Source of the DNA: Candidatus Woesearchaeota archaeon
GTDB taxonomy: Archaea; Nanobdellota; Nanobdellia; Woesearchaeales; SKIA01
DNA: 64,000 nt
Reading direction: 5' to 3'
Assembly (NCBI GenBank): GCA_046704725.1
Contig: JBJKRI010000004.1
Location: 86,091 to 150,090 of the forward strand
Shown: piece after piece, positions 22,716 to 32,104 of the stretch
How positions within the stretch are numbered: the first letter of the stretch is position 1
Layout of the letters: each line of letters opens with the position of its first letter
Translations under genes and position numbers: made by a program
The notes under the pieces: model-generated
The model's database searches: none
What the model saw: the letters and a program-made list of their open reading frames with translations, nothing else
Told to the model about the DNA's origin: nothing

Positions 22716-23343
22716 GGGTCACCCTCCACGCCATGGCGAACAGCAAGAAGAAGCCGAGAAGGCGCAACGACAAGAAGATGAGGTGCGGCAGTTGGCCGAA
22801 CGGGATGAGGAGCGCCGCAACGTGCGACGCCATCAACGAGAAGAAGCCGAGATAAACGAGCAAGGCGTTGGTGCTGTTGCGCTTGAGGAAATTCTTCCAG
22901 AAACGATAGGAGAGCAGTCCGAGCAAAACGACAGCAAGGATGTGCGTGACCAAGAAGACGTCCGTCGCGAGAAAGACCGTGAACGCGACGAGCACGAACA
23001 CGAGCACCCACATCGAGCGGTTGCGAACGTTCTCGACCACAAGGAGCAAGAGCGTGTATGCCGCGAGGATGCACAAGGACGCCATCAGCAAGAGCAGTTT
23101 GTGCGAGAGCGGGACCGTGGGCATGCCGGTCACGAAACCCATGTTGATGGTTGTCACGTCCTGCAGGACGTCGGTCAGCAGCCGGAACAGGATGCCCAGG
23201 CTGATGAGCGAGAACGACGTGAGAAAGACGAGGGAGCGATTGCTCTTGATGACGCGGTGGGCGCGGAACGCCTGGAACGCCATGGCGATCGCCGCCGCGA
23301 AGGCGACCAGGTCGAGTCCCACAAGGATTGACGACAGGCTCAT
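22708..23343 (-). CDS. 7-TM integral membrane protein
   Basis: About seven hydrophobic segments; 8-nt overlap with the wHTH gene. Confidence 0.75.
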   Translation of the reverse strand: MSLSSILVGLDLVAFAAAIAMAFQAFRAHRVIKSNRSLVFLTSFSLISLGILFRLLTDVLQDVTTINMGFVTGMPTVPLSHKLLLLMASLCILAAYTLLLLVVENVRNRSMWVLVFVLVAFTVFLATDVFLVTHILAVVLLGLLSYRFWKNFLKRNSTNALLVYLGFFSLMASHVAALLIPFGQLPHLIFLSLRLLGFFLLFAMAWRVTRG

Positions 23344-23380
23344 GCGCGGACTCCCGAAACCGGGATTATAAACGTAGCGG

Positions 23381-23803
23381 TCACTCGCTGACGTCGACGA
23401 CCGTGATCTCGAAGGTGAGGTCCTTTCCGGCCAGAGGATGGTTCAGGTCTATCGTTCCTGACTTGTCTGTCACTTTCACGACGCGCGCGGGGACCTGCTG
23501 GCCGTTCGGCAGCTGGACTCCCAAGACCATGCCCTCCTTGACGCCCTCGGGCAGACGTTCCTTCGGCACTTCCTGGACGAGCTCGTCGCGGGGCTGGCCG
23601 TAGGCGTTGTCGGCCGGTATCGTGACCTTCTTGGACTCTCCTTTCTTCATGCCGCGCACCGCATCCTCGAAACCGGGGATGACCTGCTTGTCACCGACCT
23701 TGAAGGAGATGGGATCCTTTCCCTCGGAGCTGTCGAAGACCTCTCCGTCGGCGAGGGTTCCTTTGTAATCGACCTTGACCGTGTTACCGTCTGTGATTGC
23801 CAT
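23381..23803 (-). CDS. FKBP-type peptidyl-prolyl isomerase (SlyD-like)
   Basis: VKVDYKGTLADGEVFDSS, VIPGFE, AYG, IDLNHPLAGKDLTFEI. Confidence 0.95.
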   Translation of the reverse strand: MAITDGNTVKVDYKGTLADGEVFDSSEGKDPISFKVGDKQVIPGFEDAVRGMKKGESKKVTIPADNAYGQPRDELVQEVPKERLPEGVKEGMVLGVQLPNGQQVPARVVKVTDKSGTIDLNHPLAGKDLTFEITVVDVSE

Positions 23804-23893
23804 GGGAATGACCGACCGAATGGCGCTCGCCTTATCAATGTTTGGGCATGGAAAGAGGGAAATGCTTAAGACACGGGGTCCCGCGGGGACCGC

Positions 23894-24457
23894 ATGGACG
23901 ATTGGGAGCGGCTCATGCAGGGCATGCGGACGTCGCTTGCCGACCTGTACGGGCCGGATACGAAGGTGGTCGTTGGACGCGGCGGACGGCACCCCCGCAT
24001 CGTGTTCGTCGGCGAGGCGCCAGGCGCCGAGGAGGACCGGCAGGGACTGCCCTTTGTCGGGCGTTCCGGACAGCTGCTGGAGAACTGGATACAGTATCTT
24101 GGCCTGGGAAAAGACCAGTACTATATCACGAACGTCGTGCGATGCAGACCGCCGGACAACCGGGACCCGACCAAGGACGAGGTCCGACGTTGCGCGCCGT
24201 TCCTCGACAAGCAACTGGCATTGCTCGAGCCAAAGGTGATCGTGTGCCTGGGGCGTTTCGCCATGCAACACTTTTTGCCGCACGCGAAAAGCATCTTGCG
24301 CGAAAGCGGGAAGCTCCAGCAAGGACGTTACTACGTCGTGCCGCACCCCAGCTATTTCCTGCGTCTCGGCGGGACGGGCTGGGAGCCCTACCTCGAGCAG
24401 CTGCGACGGATACTCGGCGGCGAGAAGAGCGGCGAGACGCAAGAGAAACTGTTCTGA
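23894..24457 (+). CDS. udg: uracil-DNA glycosylase, family 4
   Basis: VGEAPGAEED..G.PFVGRSG, TNVVRCRPPDNRDP, LGRFA, HPS. Confidence 0.92.
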   Translation: MDDWERLMQGMRTSLADLYGPDTKVVVGRGGRHPRIVFVGEAPGAEEDRQGLPFVGRSGQLLENWIQYLGLGKDQYYITNVVRCRPPDNRDPTKDEVRRCAPFLDKQLALLEPKVIVCLGRFAMQHFLPHAKSILRESGKLQQGRYYVVPHPSYFLRLGGTGWEPYLEQLRRILGGEKSGETQEKLF

Positions 24458-24476
24458 CAGAAAAATTCCATGAGCC

Positions 24477-24878
24477 TCATCCAAGGAGTTTGACGAACAC
24501 CGAAGGGGGTCCGGGCTCCACTAAGACACGAATCCATGTGGTCTTGAGCGCGAAGTGCCGGCGTCTTTCCGTGAAACGGCTCGGCTTTCCCCGTCTCTCG
24601 TCCAGGATCCGCTTGGCCGCTGATTGGTCTGCGCACTCCTCAGCGATTCCCTGCACCTGCACGGTCCGCGAGCCGTTCGAGATCGCCAGCGCCGCTTGCG
24701 GATTGGCCTCGAGGTTCGCGTACTTCCTGTAGTCGGTCTGCGTATCGAAATAGAACACCCCATCACGATAGGCGAAGAAGATCGTCGCTGCCTCGGGAAC
24801 CGCGTCCGTGCTAGCAGTGGCAATCGTCGCATGCCGGGTACCGGACACGATCTCCTCGAACACTCGCTGCGCGTCCAT
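24477..24878 (-). CDS. pyridoxamine 5'-phosphate oxidase-like FMN-binding protein
   Basis: ATIATA...P, YFDT....RKYANLEANP, VQVQGIAE. Confidence 0.85.
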   Translation of the reverse strand: MDAQRVFEEIVSGTRHATIATASTDAVPEAATIFFAYRDGVFYFDTQTDYRKYANLEANPQAALAISNGSRTVQVQGIAEECADQSAAKRILDERRGKPSRFTERRRHFALKTTWIRVLVEPGPPSVFVKLLG

Positions 24879-24936
24879 TCGCGTATGACTCGGTTCCAGA
24901 TATATAAGCGCTTGGAAGCGAATGATGCGGGCAGGA

Positions 24937-25007
24937 TGCACCCTGCGGGAATCGAACCCGCGCCTCAGCCTTGGCAAGGCCGTGTCATACCACTAGACTA
25001 AGGGTGC
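24937..25007 (-). tRNA. tRNA-Gly(GCC)
   Basis: GCACCCT...CGGCC-TT-GCC-AA-GGCTG...GGTTCGATTCC...AGGGTGCA. Confidence 0.95.
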
Positions 25008-25042
25008 CTTGGCGTGCGCAAACCCCATGCGGTTTAAAAACA

Positions 25043-25564
25043 TTACTTCCGCTTGCCATAGACGGTGACGGCGCGCTCGAAGCTGACCTTGTCGGTCGCA
25101 TCCCGCAGGTCCCCGTTATCGAGATAGGAGGAGAGGTCTATGCGTTTTTCTCGCACCTTGTTGCGGCGTGGCATGACACGCCACACCTCGCACGGAACGC
25201 CCCACGCGCACAAGCGCTCCATCGTGAGCAATTGATGCGGCATGATGCGCTCGTTGCCGAGCTTGACCTCGACCGCGAGGACGCCGCGGCCCGCGTGGGC
25301 GGCGAGGAAATCCGGCGTTCCGTGATGACGAGCACAGTACTTGGCGATACGGATACAACCTCGCACGCCGACCTGACGCACCAACGCCCACCAGACGAAA
25401 CCCGACGTGTCGAGCTCGAAGAACGCGTCCAAGAGGAAACCGCGCACGGTCAGGTAGCCGCGCTTGCGCAGTTCCTGACGGACGACACGTTCGGACAATG
25501 CACGCACGCTGCTGTATTCATCCTTCGGCTTTCTGAGCGTGAGGTAACGGACGGGAATCTCCAT
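25043..25564 (-). CDS. VRR-NUC (PD-(D/E)xK) nuclease domain protein
   Basis: GTPDF...AVEVK....I.PHQ.....L...G motif. Confidence 0.75.
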   Translation of the reverse strand: MEIPVRYLTLRKPKDEYSSVRALSERVVRQELRKRGYLTVRGFLLDAFFELDTSGFVWWALVRQVGVRGCIRIAKYCARHHGTPDFLAAHAGRGVLAVEVKLGNERIMPHQLLTMERLCAWGVPCEVWRVMPRRNKVREKRIDLSSYLDNGDLRDATDKVSFERAVTVYGKRK

Positions 25565-25618
25565 GCAGCGACCGGGAAACACCTATTCACATTGTTTACG
25601 CGCGTGCGTGTCCTGTGG

Positions 25619-26821
25619 CTAGAACGTGAACTTGCCGTCCTCGTAGATGATGCGCTCGGAGCCGTCGGCGAGCGTCGCTGTAACTGTGCGCGGCGCTGTC
25701 GACACGATGTCCGTGTGCACGACGCTCTCGTTGTAGCCGAGGCGGTCCCATTCCTTCTTCGGCACGTCAGAGGGCTTGTCGGGGTGCGCGTCCTTGTAGG
25801 CGCGCCCGAGCGCGAGATGGAAGTTCCCGTTGGGCCCGCCCACGTTCTCGTCATAGAGCGTCTCCGCCATGAAATGCGTGATGCGCGACAAGCCACCGTC
25901 GGTGAGCGATATCTCGCCGGCCTTGTCCGCGTTCTCGACCGCGAGCATCTCCTTGAGGACTTCCTCGCCCTCCTCCGCGTGCGCCTCCACGACGACGCCC
26001 TTCTCGAAGCGGAGCGTGACGCCCGTGATACGATTGCCGTAGCGATAGAGCGGCTCGGTGAAGGTCACCGTACCTTCCGTGCGGCGCCAATCCGGGCTCG
26101 TGTAGACCTCGAAGCTCGGGATGTTGCTGCCCGTCGCGCCGAGCCATTGACGCCCCTCGCCAAGACCGATGACAAGGTCCGTTCCCTCCGCCTCGAAATG
26201 CAAGGAATCGATCTCCATCGCATCCAATGCCTTCTTGACACGGTCGATCTCCTCCTGGATAGAACGCCACTTCGCGACGGGATCCTCCTCATCGAGATAG
26301 CAGGCCTTGATGATCTGCTCCCAATACTCCTCAAGAGACGTCCCGACCTCCTTGGCCATCTTCTCCGTGCCATACAGGCCGATCGTCCAATGGAAGTCGC
26401 CGCGCGCCTCCTTCTCCTCCTGCCACTCCTGCATGGGTTTGAAGGCGACGCTGCGGCGCATGATGCGCTCTGGCGGGATGCCCTCGAGCGCGTGCTTGTC
26501 CGTCTCAGCCTCGATATGGATGGCGTGGTCGGCCTGCTCGACGACCCCTTTGGCATACGCGGCGGGAAAGAACGTGAGCTGCTCGTCGTTCGCGAGCTCG
26601 TAGAAGTCCCGTTCGACGCCATCCGGATAGTATCGCAATAGCGGGTGGGCACCAGCCTTGAGCACCGCCCGCCGCAACGCGACAAGCATCGGCTTTGCAC
26701 AGTCAGGCACCGTGAGGAGCACGACCTCGCCGGGCTTGACGCCAGCACCGTCGTTGAGGCCGTAGTTGACGAGGACATCGGCGTATTTCCTCAGAATCTC
26801 CGCAGGTGGTTCGTAGCTCAT
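25619..26821 (-). CDS. M29 family aminopeptidase (AmpS/PepS-like)
   Basis: KYADVLV, NIPSFEVYTSP, GEI, LYDEN, HLALGRAY, N.S.VHTD. Confidence 0.92.
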   Translation of the reverse strand: MSYEPPAEILRKYADVLVNYGLNDGAGVKPGEVVLLTVPDCAKPMLVALRRAVLKAGAHPLLRYYPDGVERDFYELANDEQLTFFPAAYAKGVVEQADHAIHIEAETDKHALEGIPPERIMRRSVAFKPMQEWQEEKEARGDFHWTIGLYGTEKMAKEVGTSLEEYWEQIIKACYLDEEDPVAKWRSIQEEIDRVKKALDAMEIDSLHFEAEGTDLVIGLGEGRQWLGATGSNIPSFEVYTSPDWRRTEGTVTFTEPLYRYGNRITGVTLRFEKGVVVEAHAEEGEEVLKEMLAVENADKAGEISLTDGGLSRITHFMAETLYDENVGGPNGNFHLALGRAYKDAHPDKPSDVPKKEWDRLGYNESVVHTDIVSTAPRTVTATLADGSERIIYEDGKFTF

Positions 26822-27168
26822 CCGAAATAGCCTGGTTTCTTGGCCGTCGCGTGGCTGATGGCCTGCTGCTGCTCGGCTTTCTTCGCCTTCTTGAGCTGGG
26901 AGGGCTCGGTGATCTTTCCGAACTGCTTCTCGTAGACCTTGAGATGCTCCCCAAGGATCTTGTGGAAGGTCTTGCACAAGAAAGGATCCATCATGACCGC
27001 GTTGTGCTCGAGCACGACGGGCAAGCCTTGCTCTGCGCGCACGTCGATGCGCGGCGCGGTGTTCTTGAAGTCGATGATGATCTTCAACGGATTGTTCGTG
27101 ATGCTGATCTCGTCCGCGAAGAAGGTGCGGCCGTCGTTGATGTTGAAGGCGATGCTCGGTTCGTCCAT
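26818..27168 (-). CDS. DUF3467-like protein
   Basis: FFADE...IIIDFK...VMMDP...K.F...L.E.LK.YEKQFGKI; C-terminal PGYFG. Confidence 0.7.
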   Translation of the reverse strand: MDEPSIAFNINDGRTFFADEISITNNPLKIIIDFKNTAPRIDVRAEQGLPVVLEHNAVMMDPFLCKTFHKILGEHLKVYEKQFGKITEPSQLKKAKKAEQQQAISHATAKKPGYFG

Positions 27169-27191
27169 GATACCACGCAACACGCACGGGT

Positions 27192-27782
27192 TTAAAGGGT
27201 TTGCTGCGCCGCGCGACGACGGGTCCTGAAATACATCATCGTGAAGGGAACCGCCAGCATCACGAAGGCGACGGCCGCAATCTCAAGATCGGCATAATAG
27301 GGATGGAACAGATGGAGAACAATCACCCCAATCCAATAGATGGTCGCCATGAACGGCAGAGCGACCTTCGCGCTCAATAACTTCTTGAACGGCAGGTTGG
27401 AGCCGGCAAGACGGATGCTATAGAGGACTGCTCCCTCAAGGATGAGCACAAAAATGCCGAAGAGCGCTCCGGTGTACGATGCACGCATGCTCGGATCGGC
27501 GAACATGATGAGCGCGACAGCGCCCACGATGCCACCGAAGGTGAGCAATGGAGCGAGCCGTTCGGCACGCCAGCCCTGATGCAGCGCCAACGACAACGCG
27601 AACGGCAGGGGAACGCCGATGATGATGAACAGCCACCAACCCCACAACTGCGTCACCGCATTGATATGGGACGAGAATTGCGAGAGGGTAGGCGGATTCA
27701 ATCCGATGACAAGCATCGCCCCGGGAATGCCCAAGAGAATCTTGCCCACTTTCTTGCGGAGCGCACTCGTGTCGATGGGCAT
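27192..27782 (-). CDS. multi-pass membrane protein
   Basis: About six hydrophobic segments; TTTAAA upstream. Confidence 0.7.
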   Translation of the reverse strand: MPIDTSALRKKVGKILLGIPGAMLVIGLNPPTLSQFSSHINAVTQLWGWWLFIIIGVPLPFALSLALHQGWRAERLAPLLTFGGIVGAVALIMFADPSMRASYTGALFGIFVLILEGAVLYSIRLAGSNLPFKKLLSAKVALPFMATIYWIGVIVLHLFHPYYADLEIAAVAFVMLAVPFTMMYFRTRRRAAQQTL

Positions 27783-27859
27783 GCGTGTCTTTTCCGGCCC
27801 GCGGCATTTAAACGTTGCCCAGACGGCGGACTTATAAGCAAGCACTCGTCCTCAGGAGC

Positions 27860-27985
27860 GGGCCCGTAGCTCAGCCTGGCTTAGAGTGCCGGTCTTATAT
27901 GAGGCACAAAGGACATGTCCTTTGGGTTCTCGCCCAATGCCTCTGGGTGAGCCGGTGGTCCGGGGTTCAAATCCCCGCGGGCCCA
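27860..27985 (+). tRNA. tRNA-Ile(TAT) with 50-nt intron at 37/38 (27900-27949)
   Basis: GGGCCCG/CGGGCCC-A acceptor; CCGGT-CT-TAT-A|intron|A-GCCGG; bulge-helix-bulge with CTTA/TGGG helix, TAT and TGA bulges, and GAGGCA/TGCCTC intron stem. Confidence 0.9.
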
Positions 27986-27986
27986 T

Positions 27987-28643
27987 ATGCGACAGTACAG
28001 CCACTTCGTACGCCCCGGATACATCGAACTATTCACGGGAACGATGAAGAGCGGCAAGACCAGAGAGCTGCTGCACCGCCTCGACCAGCTGAGCTACCTC
28101 GAGAATTGCGAGTACCTGCTCGTCAAGCCACGCACGGACACGCGATCGAAAGGGGTGTTCACCCGTGACGGCCACGAGATCCCCTGCGCGCTCGTGAAAG
28201 CGGCCAGCGAGATCCCCGCTCTTGTGACGGACGCGCACAGCGTGGTCGCCATCGACGAAGCCCAGTTCTTCGGAGACGATCTCGTGGACGTCACGCTCAG
28301 CCTCGCGCGCGCAGGCATGCACGTGCTCATCGCAGGGCTCGACCTGAACTTCCGCGGCGAGCCGTTCGGACCGATACCCAACATCCTCTGCCACGCCAAC
28401 GAGGTGCACAAGCTGTCCGCGGTGTGCGCAGTGCCCGGGTGCGAAAACATCGCACGGCTTCCGCAGCGCCTACGGAAAGGCAAGCCCACACCGTACGACG
28501 CGCCCACGATCGTGGTCGAGGGGGAGGGCGACGATACCTACGAGCCGCGCTGCATGCACCACTTCGTTATACCTGGAAGCCCGCGCAAGAAGTACCCTGT
28601 AAAGGACCGCTCACTCCTCGATGAAGGGTCTGAGGGCGACTGA
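27987..28643 (+). CDS. tdk: thymidine kinase
   Basis: GTMKSGKT, KP..DTR, IDEAQF, AGLDLNFRGEPF, Zn-binding Cys, YEPRC. Confidence 0.95.
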   Translation: MRQYSHFVRPGYIELFTGTMKSGKTRELLHRLDQLSYLENCEYLLVKPRTDTRSKGVFTRDGHEIPCALVKAASEIPALVTDAHSVVAIDEAQFFGDDLVDVTLSLARAGMHVLIAGLDLNFRGEPFGPIPNILCHANEVHKLSAVCAVPGCENIARLPQRLRKGKPTPYDAPTIVVEGEGDDTYEPRCMHHFVIPGSPRKKYPVKDRSLLDEGSEGD

Positions 28644-29099
28644 CCAGAGACGCGTTTTCTCTTGCCGGGGCATGCTCGCGTAGCGCGGGCTCGTCGAGGG
28701 CATGCGCCGGACCTGCAATCCGTATCCCTGGAGCTCGCGTCGCATGGCGAATGCACGACCGCCGTTGCATAACGCAGTGTGGAGCTTGGGAGCGCGGCGG
28801 AGGATCGAGAGGTCGATGTTCTTATGGTTCCTGATATTGCTGTCGCTGCTGCCCTCGCAGTCACACGACGCCACGACATCCCACAAGGCGATGCGGTTGC
28901 GCTTGAGCGCTTCGAGACGCTCGGGATATGAAAAGGAGCGCAAATCCACGCTCAGTGCTTCGCCCAGCACGTCCCAGAAGACGTTCTGGGGATGCGCGTA
29001 GTATTGCTGCTGGCGGAGGGACTCCTCGCCGGGGAACGAGCCGAGGATGATGACCCTGGCGTTCTTGTCGATGATGGGAGGAAAGTTCTTTTTGCGCAT
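28611..29099 (-). CDS. DNA-deoxyinosine glycosylase (UDG family 6)
   Basis: ILGSFPGEESL..QQYYAHPQN.FW, LWDV, GSSDS.I, NG, MPSTSP. Confidence 0.88.
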   Translation of the reverse strand: MRKKNFPPIIDKNARVIILGSFPGEESLRQQQYYAHPQNVFWDVLGEALSVDLRSFSYPERLEALKRNRIALWDVVASCDCEGSSDSNIRNHKNIDLSILRRAPKLHTALCNGGRAFAMRRELQGYGLQVRRMPSTSPRYASMPRQEKTRLWSVALRPFIEE

Positions 29100-29171
29100 A
29101 CAGACGAGCGGACATGCAAGGATATATGCGTGATGCAGCATGCTTTTAAATGGAGGAAGAATCGCTTCAAC

Positions 29172-29426
29172 ATGGATTATGGGCATAACCGGTACGACCC
29201 CAAGCCTTCGCTCTTGAGGCGGACCCTCGAGACCACCGCCGTGCTGGCTTTCATGACGATGGTGACCGCTGTGGGGGTGCATGACCTGTATCGGAGCACC
29301 CAGTACCGCCAGGCGCGGACGCCTGTCGCGCAGACCGTGCAGCGAGCCCGAATCGACAGCACTTATGCAAACACACCAACAACTCCGAAGCCTATATATT
29401 CAACCACAACGGAGGTCTCGCAATGA
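29172..29426 (+). CDS. small hypothetical protein with one hydrophobic segment
   Basis: TTTTAAAT box and GGAGG upstream; ATGA-coupled to the next ORF. Confidence 0.5.
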   Translation: MDYGHNRYDPKPSLLRRTLETTAVLAFMTMVTAVGVHDLYRSTQYRQARTPVAQTVQRARIDSTYANTPTTPKPIYSTTTEVSQ

Positions 29427-29701
29427 GCCCTCCAGTGATCCTCCCTCTCGGTGCGTCGACCCGGCCGACCATCGATGACTCAGTACGAGCGTTCAACGAG
29501 CGAAAAACGATGGACCGCCGTGAAGCGAATCCATCATACAGGCTTATCGAGCGACCGTACCGAGGTGTAGAGACGGATACACCCCTCGTTGGTGGATCGC
29601 TGTACGCTGAACGCGCCTCCACCGCGTATCAGGCAGACCGTCCGTACAATCGTGCAGCTCCTGAAACACTCACCGACAGGGCGTATCTCAATCCCAATTA
29701 G
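29423..29701 (+). CDS. small hypothetical protein
   Basis: GGAGGT SD upstream, ATGA overlap; no known motif. Confidence 0.5.
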   Translation: MSPPVILPLGASTRPTIDDSVRAFNERKTMDRREANPSYRLIERPYRGVETDTPLVGGSLYAERASTAYQADRPYNRAAPETLTDRAYLNPN

Positions 29702-29734
29702 GTTTTTAAAGCGCAATGCGCCTCGCCCTCTCAA

Positions 29735-29809
29735 GCCCCTGTGGTGTAGTCCGGCCAATCATTCCGCCCTTTCGAGGCGGGGACTCGGGTTCGAATCCCG
29801 GCGGGGGCA
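29735..29809 (+). tRNA. tRNA-Glu(TTC)
   Basis: GCCCCTG...CCGCC-CT-TTC-GA-GGCGG...GGTTCGAATCC...CGGGGGCA; TTTTAAA upstream. Confidence 0.95.
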
Positions 29810-29865
29810 TCCGAGCTGTTGCCGCACGCACAGTCCTTATATATTAGCTTCCAGAAAACGAAGAA

Positions 29866-30549
29866 GTGACAGCAAAAGCTTCTGGAAGCGAAAAGAAGGT
29901 TCAAAAGCAACGGGATGCGGAAGCGAAAAGAGGAAAGGCCTCAGGATTCGCTATCGCGACGCTCGTGCTCGGCATCCTCGCCCTGCTCGGTGGGTGGATA
30001 CCGGTCGTCGGATGGGCGATGATCGCGGCTGCTCTGATCGCTGGCATCTTCGGCATGCGGGATGTAGAGCTGCGGGGAGGCGCCAGCAGTTATATGGTGT
30101 ACACAGGCATCGCGTTGAGCATCATAGGCGTGGTCATCGCGATGCTCTTCTTCAACTGGGTCCTCACCACATGGGATGCAGCCCGTGTCCTTCCGAATCA
30201 CTGCTTGTTCGGACAAGAGTTCAGCTGCACCGACTTCACTATCACGACGGCCGGAGCGGGCGGAGACCTCTGGGTGAACGCGTCGCTCACGAACGTGCTG
30301 GGAACGCCGATCACGAACATCACAGGAACAGCGAATGCCACCGGATACGGGAATGGGAGCTGCACGGCCACCCCTCGAACGATACCCCACAACGGCGCAT
30401 TCCGGCTCGACTGCGACCTCAAATTACACCAAGGGGTGAGCTGGCCGATAGCAGGACGGCATACGAAGGTCTTGGTCCGTATGGATTACCAAGATGTGGG
30501 CGGATTCCAGCAGAACATCACCGGAGAAGTCTTCAAAAACATCCGATAA
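29866..30549 (+). CDS. DUF4190-like 3-TM anchor fused to pilin-like head domain (paralog 1)
   Basis: SGFAIATLVLGIL...WIPVVG anchor, then LPNHCLFGQEFSC head with four Cys. Confidence 0.8.
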   Translation: MTAKASGSEKKVQKQRDAEAKRGKASGFAIATLVLGILALLGGWIPVVGWAMIAAALIAGIFGMRDVELRGGASSYMVYTGIALSIIGVVIAMLFFNWVLTTWDAARVLPNHCLFGQEFSCTDFTITTAGAGGDLWVNASLTNVLGTPITNITGTANATGYGNGSCTATPRTIPHNGAFRLDCDLKLHQGVSWPIAGRHTKVLVRMDYQDVGGFQQNITGEVFKNIR

Positions 30550-30602
30550 CAGCCGATACAGAACAAATAGTATAAATAGGACTGATTCAATGTGTACAGA
30601 CC

Positions 30603-31286
30603 ATGGCCGATAATACACCTGCTCAGGAACCTGACGCCTCTTCGCAACAGAAGACCTCTGGTTTCGCCATCGCGTCGCTCGTGCTCGGCATCCTCTCGCT
30701 CGTGCTCGGATGGATACCGTTCGTCGGGTGGATCATCATCATTCTCGCCGTCGTGTTGGGCATCCTTGGCATACGCGACGCGAAAGAGGGAAAATCAGGC
30801 AACGGATTCGCGATCGCGGGCATCGTGCTCGCGATTATCGGCGCGATCATCGCGATATTCGTTCTCACACTCATCATCTATGCGGGCACCTCCTATAATG
30901 CGACCTATAATACGAACTCAGTCCTTCCGGGCCGCTGCATCCTCGGCCAGGAGTTCAACTGCACGAACTATCAGATCAGAACCACGGGAGCTGGAGGGGA
31001 TCTTTGGGTGAACGCATCGTTCACGAACGTGCTGGGAACGCCAGTGACGTATACTGGGGGAACAGCGAGCATGACTGGATACGGAAACGGGACATGCGTT
31101 TCAACAACCCAGACAATACCGTACCAAGGCGCATTCCAGATGAACTGCGACCTCAAGCCCAATCCCGGAACCGCGTGGCCGGCAGCAGGACAGAAAGCCA
31201 AACTCGAAATCGACATCGGCTACAAAGAAGCGGGCAAGTCTTTTCCCCACAGCGTCGTCGGGGAGATTTTCGGAACCATCCAGTGA
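30603..31286 (+). CDS. DUF4190-like 3-TM anchor fused to pilin-like head domain (paralog 2)
   Basis: SGFAIASLVLGILSL...G.GFAIAGIVL anchor, then LPGRCILGQEFNC head similar to paralog 1. Confidence 0.82.
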   Translation: MADNTPAQEPDASSQQKTSGFAIASLVLGILSLVLGWIPFVGWIIIILAVVLGILGIRDAKEGKSGNGFAIAGIVLAIIGAIIAIFVLTLIIYAGTSYNATYNTNSVLPGRCILGQEFNCTNYQIRTTGAGGDLWVNASFTNVLGTPVTYTGGTASMTGYGNGTCVSTTQTIPYQGAFQMNCDLKPNPGTAWPAAGQKAKLEIDIGYKEAGKSFPHSVVGEIFGTIQ

Positions 31287-31361
31287 ATGGTCCTTATACG
31301 GCCCCACAGAAGGCTATCCTGCGCCGAAGGCTATAAATAGCAAGAATCAGGGGAACCACGA

Positions 31362-32012
31362 ATGGCAGACGACGCATCGCCAGAGACCCCCGAGCAAGAT
31401 GTGCAGACGACAAAGGGGGGAAAATCCGGCCTCGCCATCGCGTCGCTCGTGCTCGGCATCCTCTCGCTCGTACTCGGCTGGATTCCGGTCGTCGGGTGGC
31501 TCCTCATCGTCCTTGCTATCCTCTTGGGCATCATCAGTCTCTATCATATCCGCAAGAGAAACCTCGGAGGCGCAGCGATGGCTATCGCAGGAATAGTGCT
31601 TGCCGTCGTCGCAATCCTCATCATCGCTCTTTTTATGGGAGCTATCGCATACTTCAACTCGACGAGCAGCCAACGCTTCGCCGCGAACAATTGCGCAATC
31701 CTAGGAGGGTTCAGCTGCACGAACTATGCAATCAACGGAGCGACACAGCAGATACAGTTCACCGTCACGAACAACCTCGGACTCACCGTGGATTCTGTGA
31801 ACGTCACGCTCGACACGAGCGACTGTGCCCTGCAGCAACCGACCGTGCCCGTCGGGAAACTAGGCAACACCGAACAGCACACGGTGACCTTCGATTGCGT
31901 CTCGGGCATCCTGCCCAAGCAGTTACAAGGGGATATCACGATCTCGTACGAGCTGCCCAATGAGACGACGTCGAAGACCGCCAGAGGGTCTTTGGAATCC
32001 CCGGTACAATAG
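31362..32012 (+). CDS. DUF4190-like 3-TM anchor fused to pilin head domain (paralog 3)
   Basis: Same anchor; last 124 aa align ungapped to the pilin at 44924-45373. Confidence 0.85.
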   Translation: MADDASPETPEQDVQTTKGGKSGLAIASLVLGILSLVLGWIPVVGWLLIVLAILLGIISLYHIRKRNLGGAAMAIAGIVLAVVAILIIALFMGAIAYFNSTSSQRFAANNCAILGGFSCTNYAINGATQQIQFTVTNNLGLTVDSVNVTLDTSDCALQQPTVPVGKLGNTEQHTVTFDCVSGILPKQLQGDITISYELPNETTSKTARGSLESPVQ

Positions 32013-32104
32013 ATATCTGCACCGGAAGTGGAAGCTGTACGTCTACTGCGCAAACAATGATCCCGGCCGAAGAACATAAAAAGAGGACGGCGCAGGAAAG
32101 CCGG

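Noticed and set aside
24937-25564. VRR-NUC gene beside tRNA-Gly (and the array beside tRNA-Glu) as an integrated element
   Set aside because: No integrase, no duplicated tRNA end (att site) and no viral genes were seen.
30190-31286. Similar head regions of paralogs 1 and 2 as a DGR template/variable repeat pair
   Set aside because: Differences involve all bases and many synonymous positions, not only adenines; both copies are coding, and no RT is in the window.
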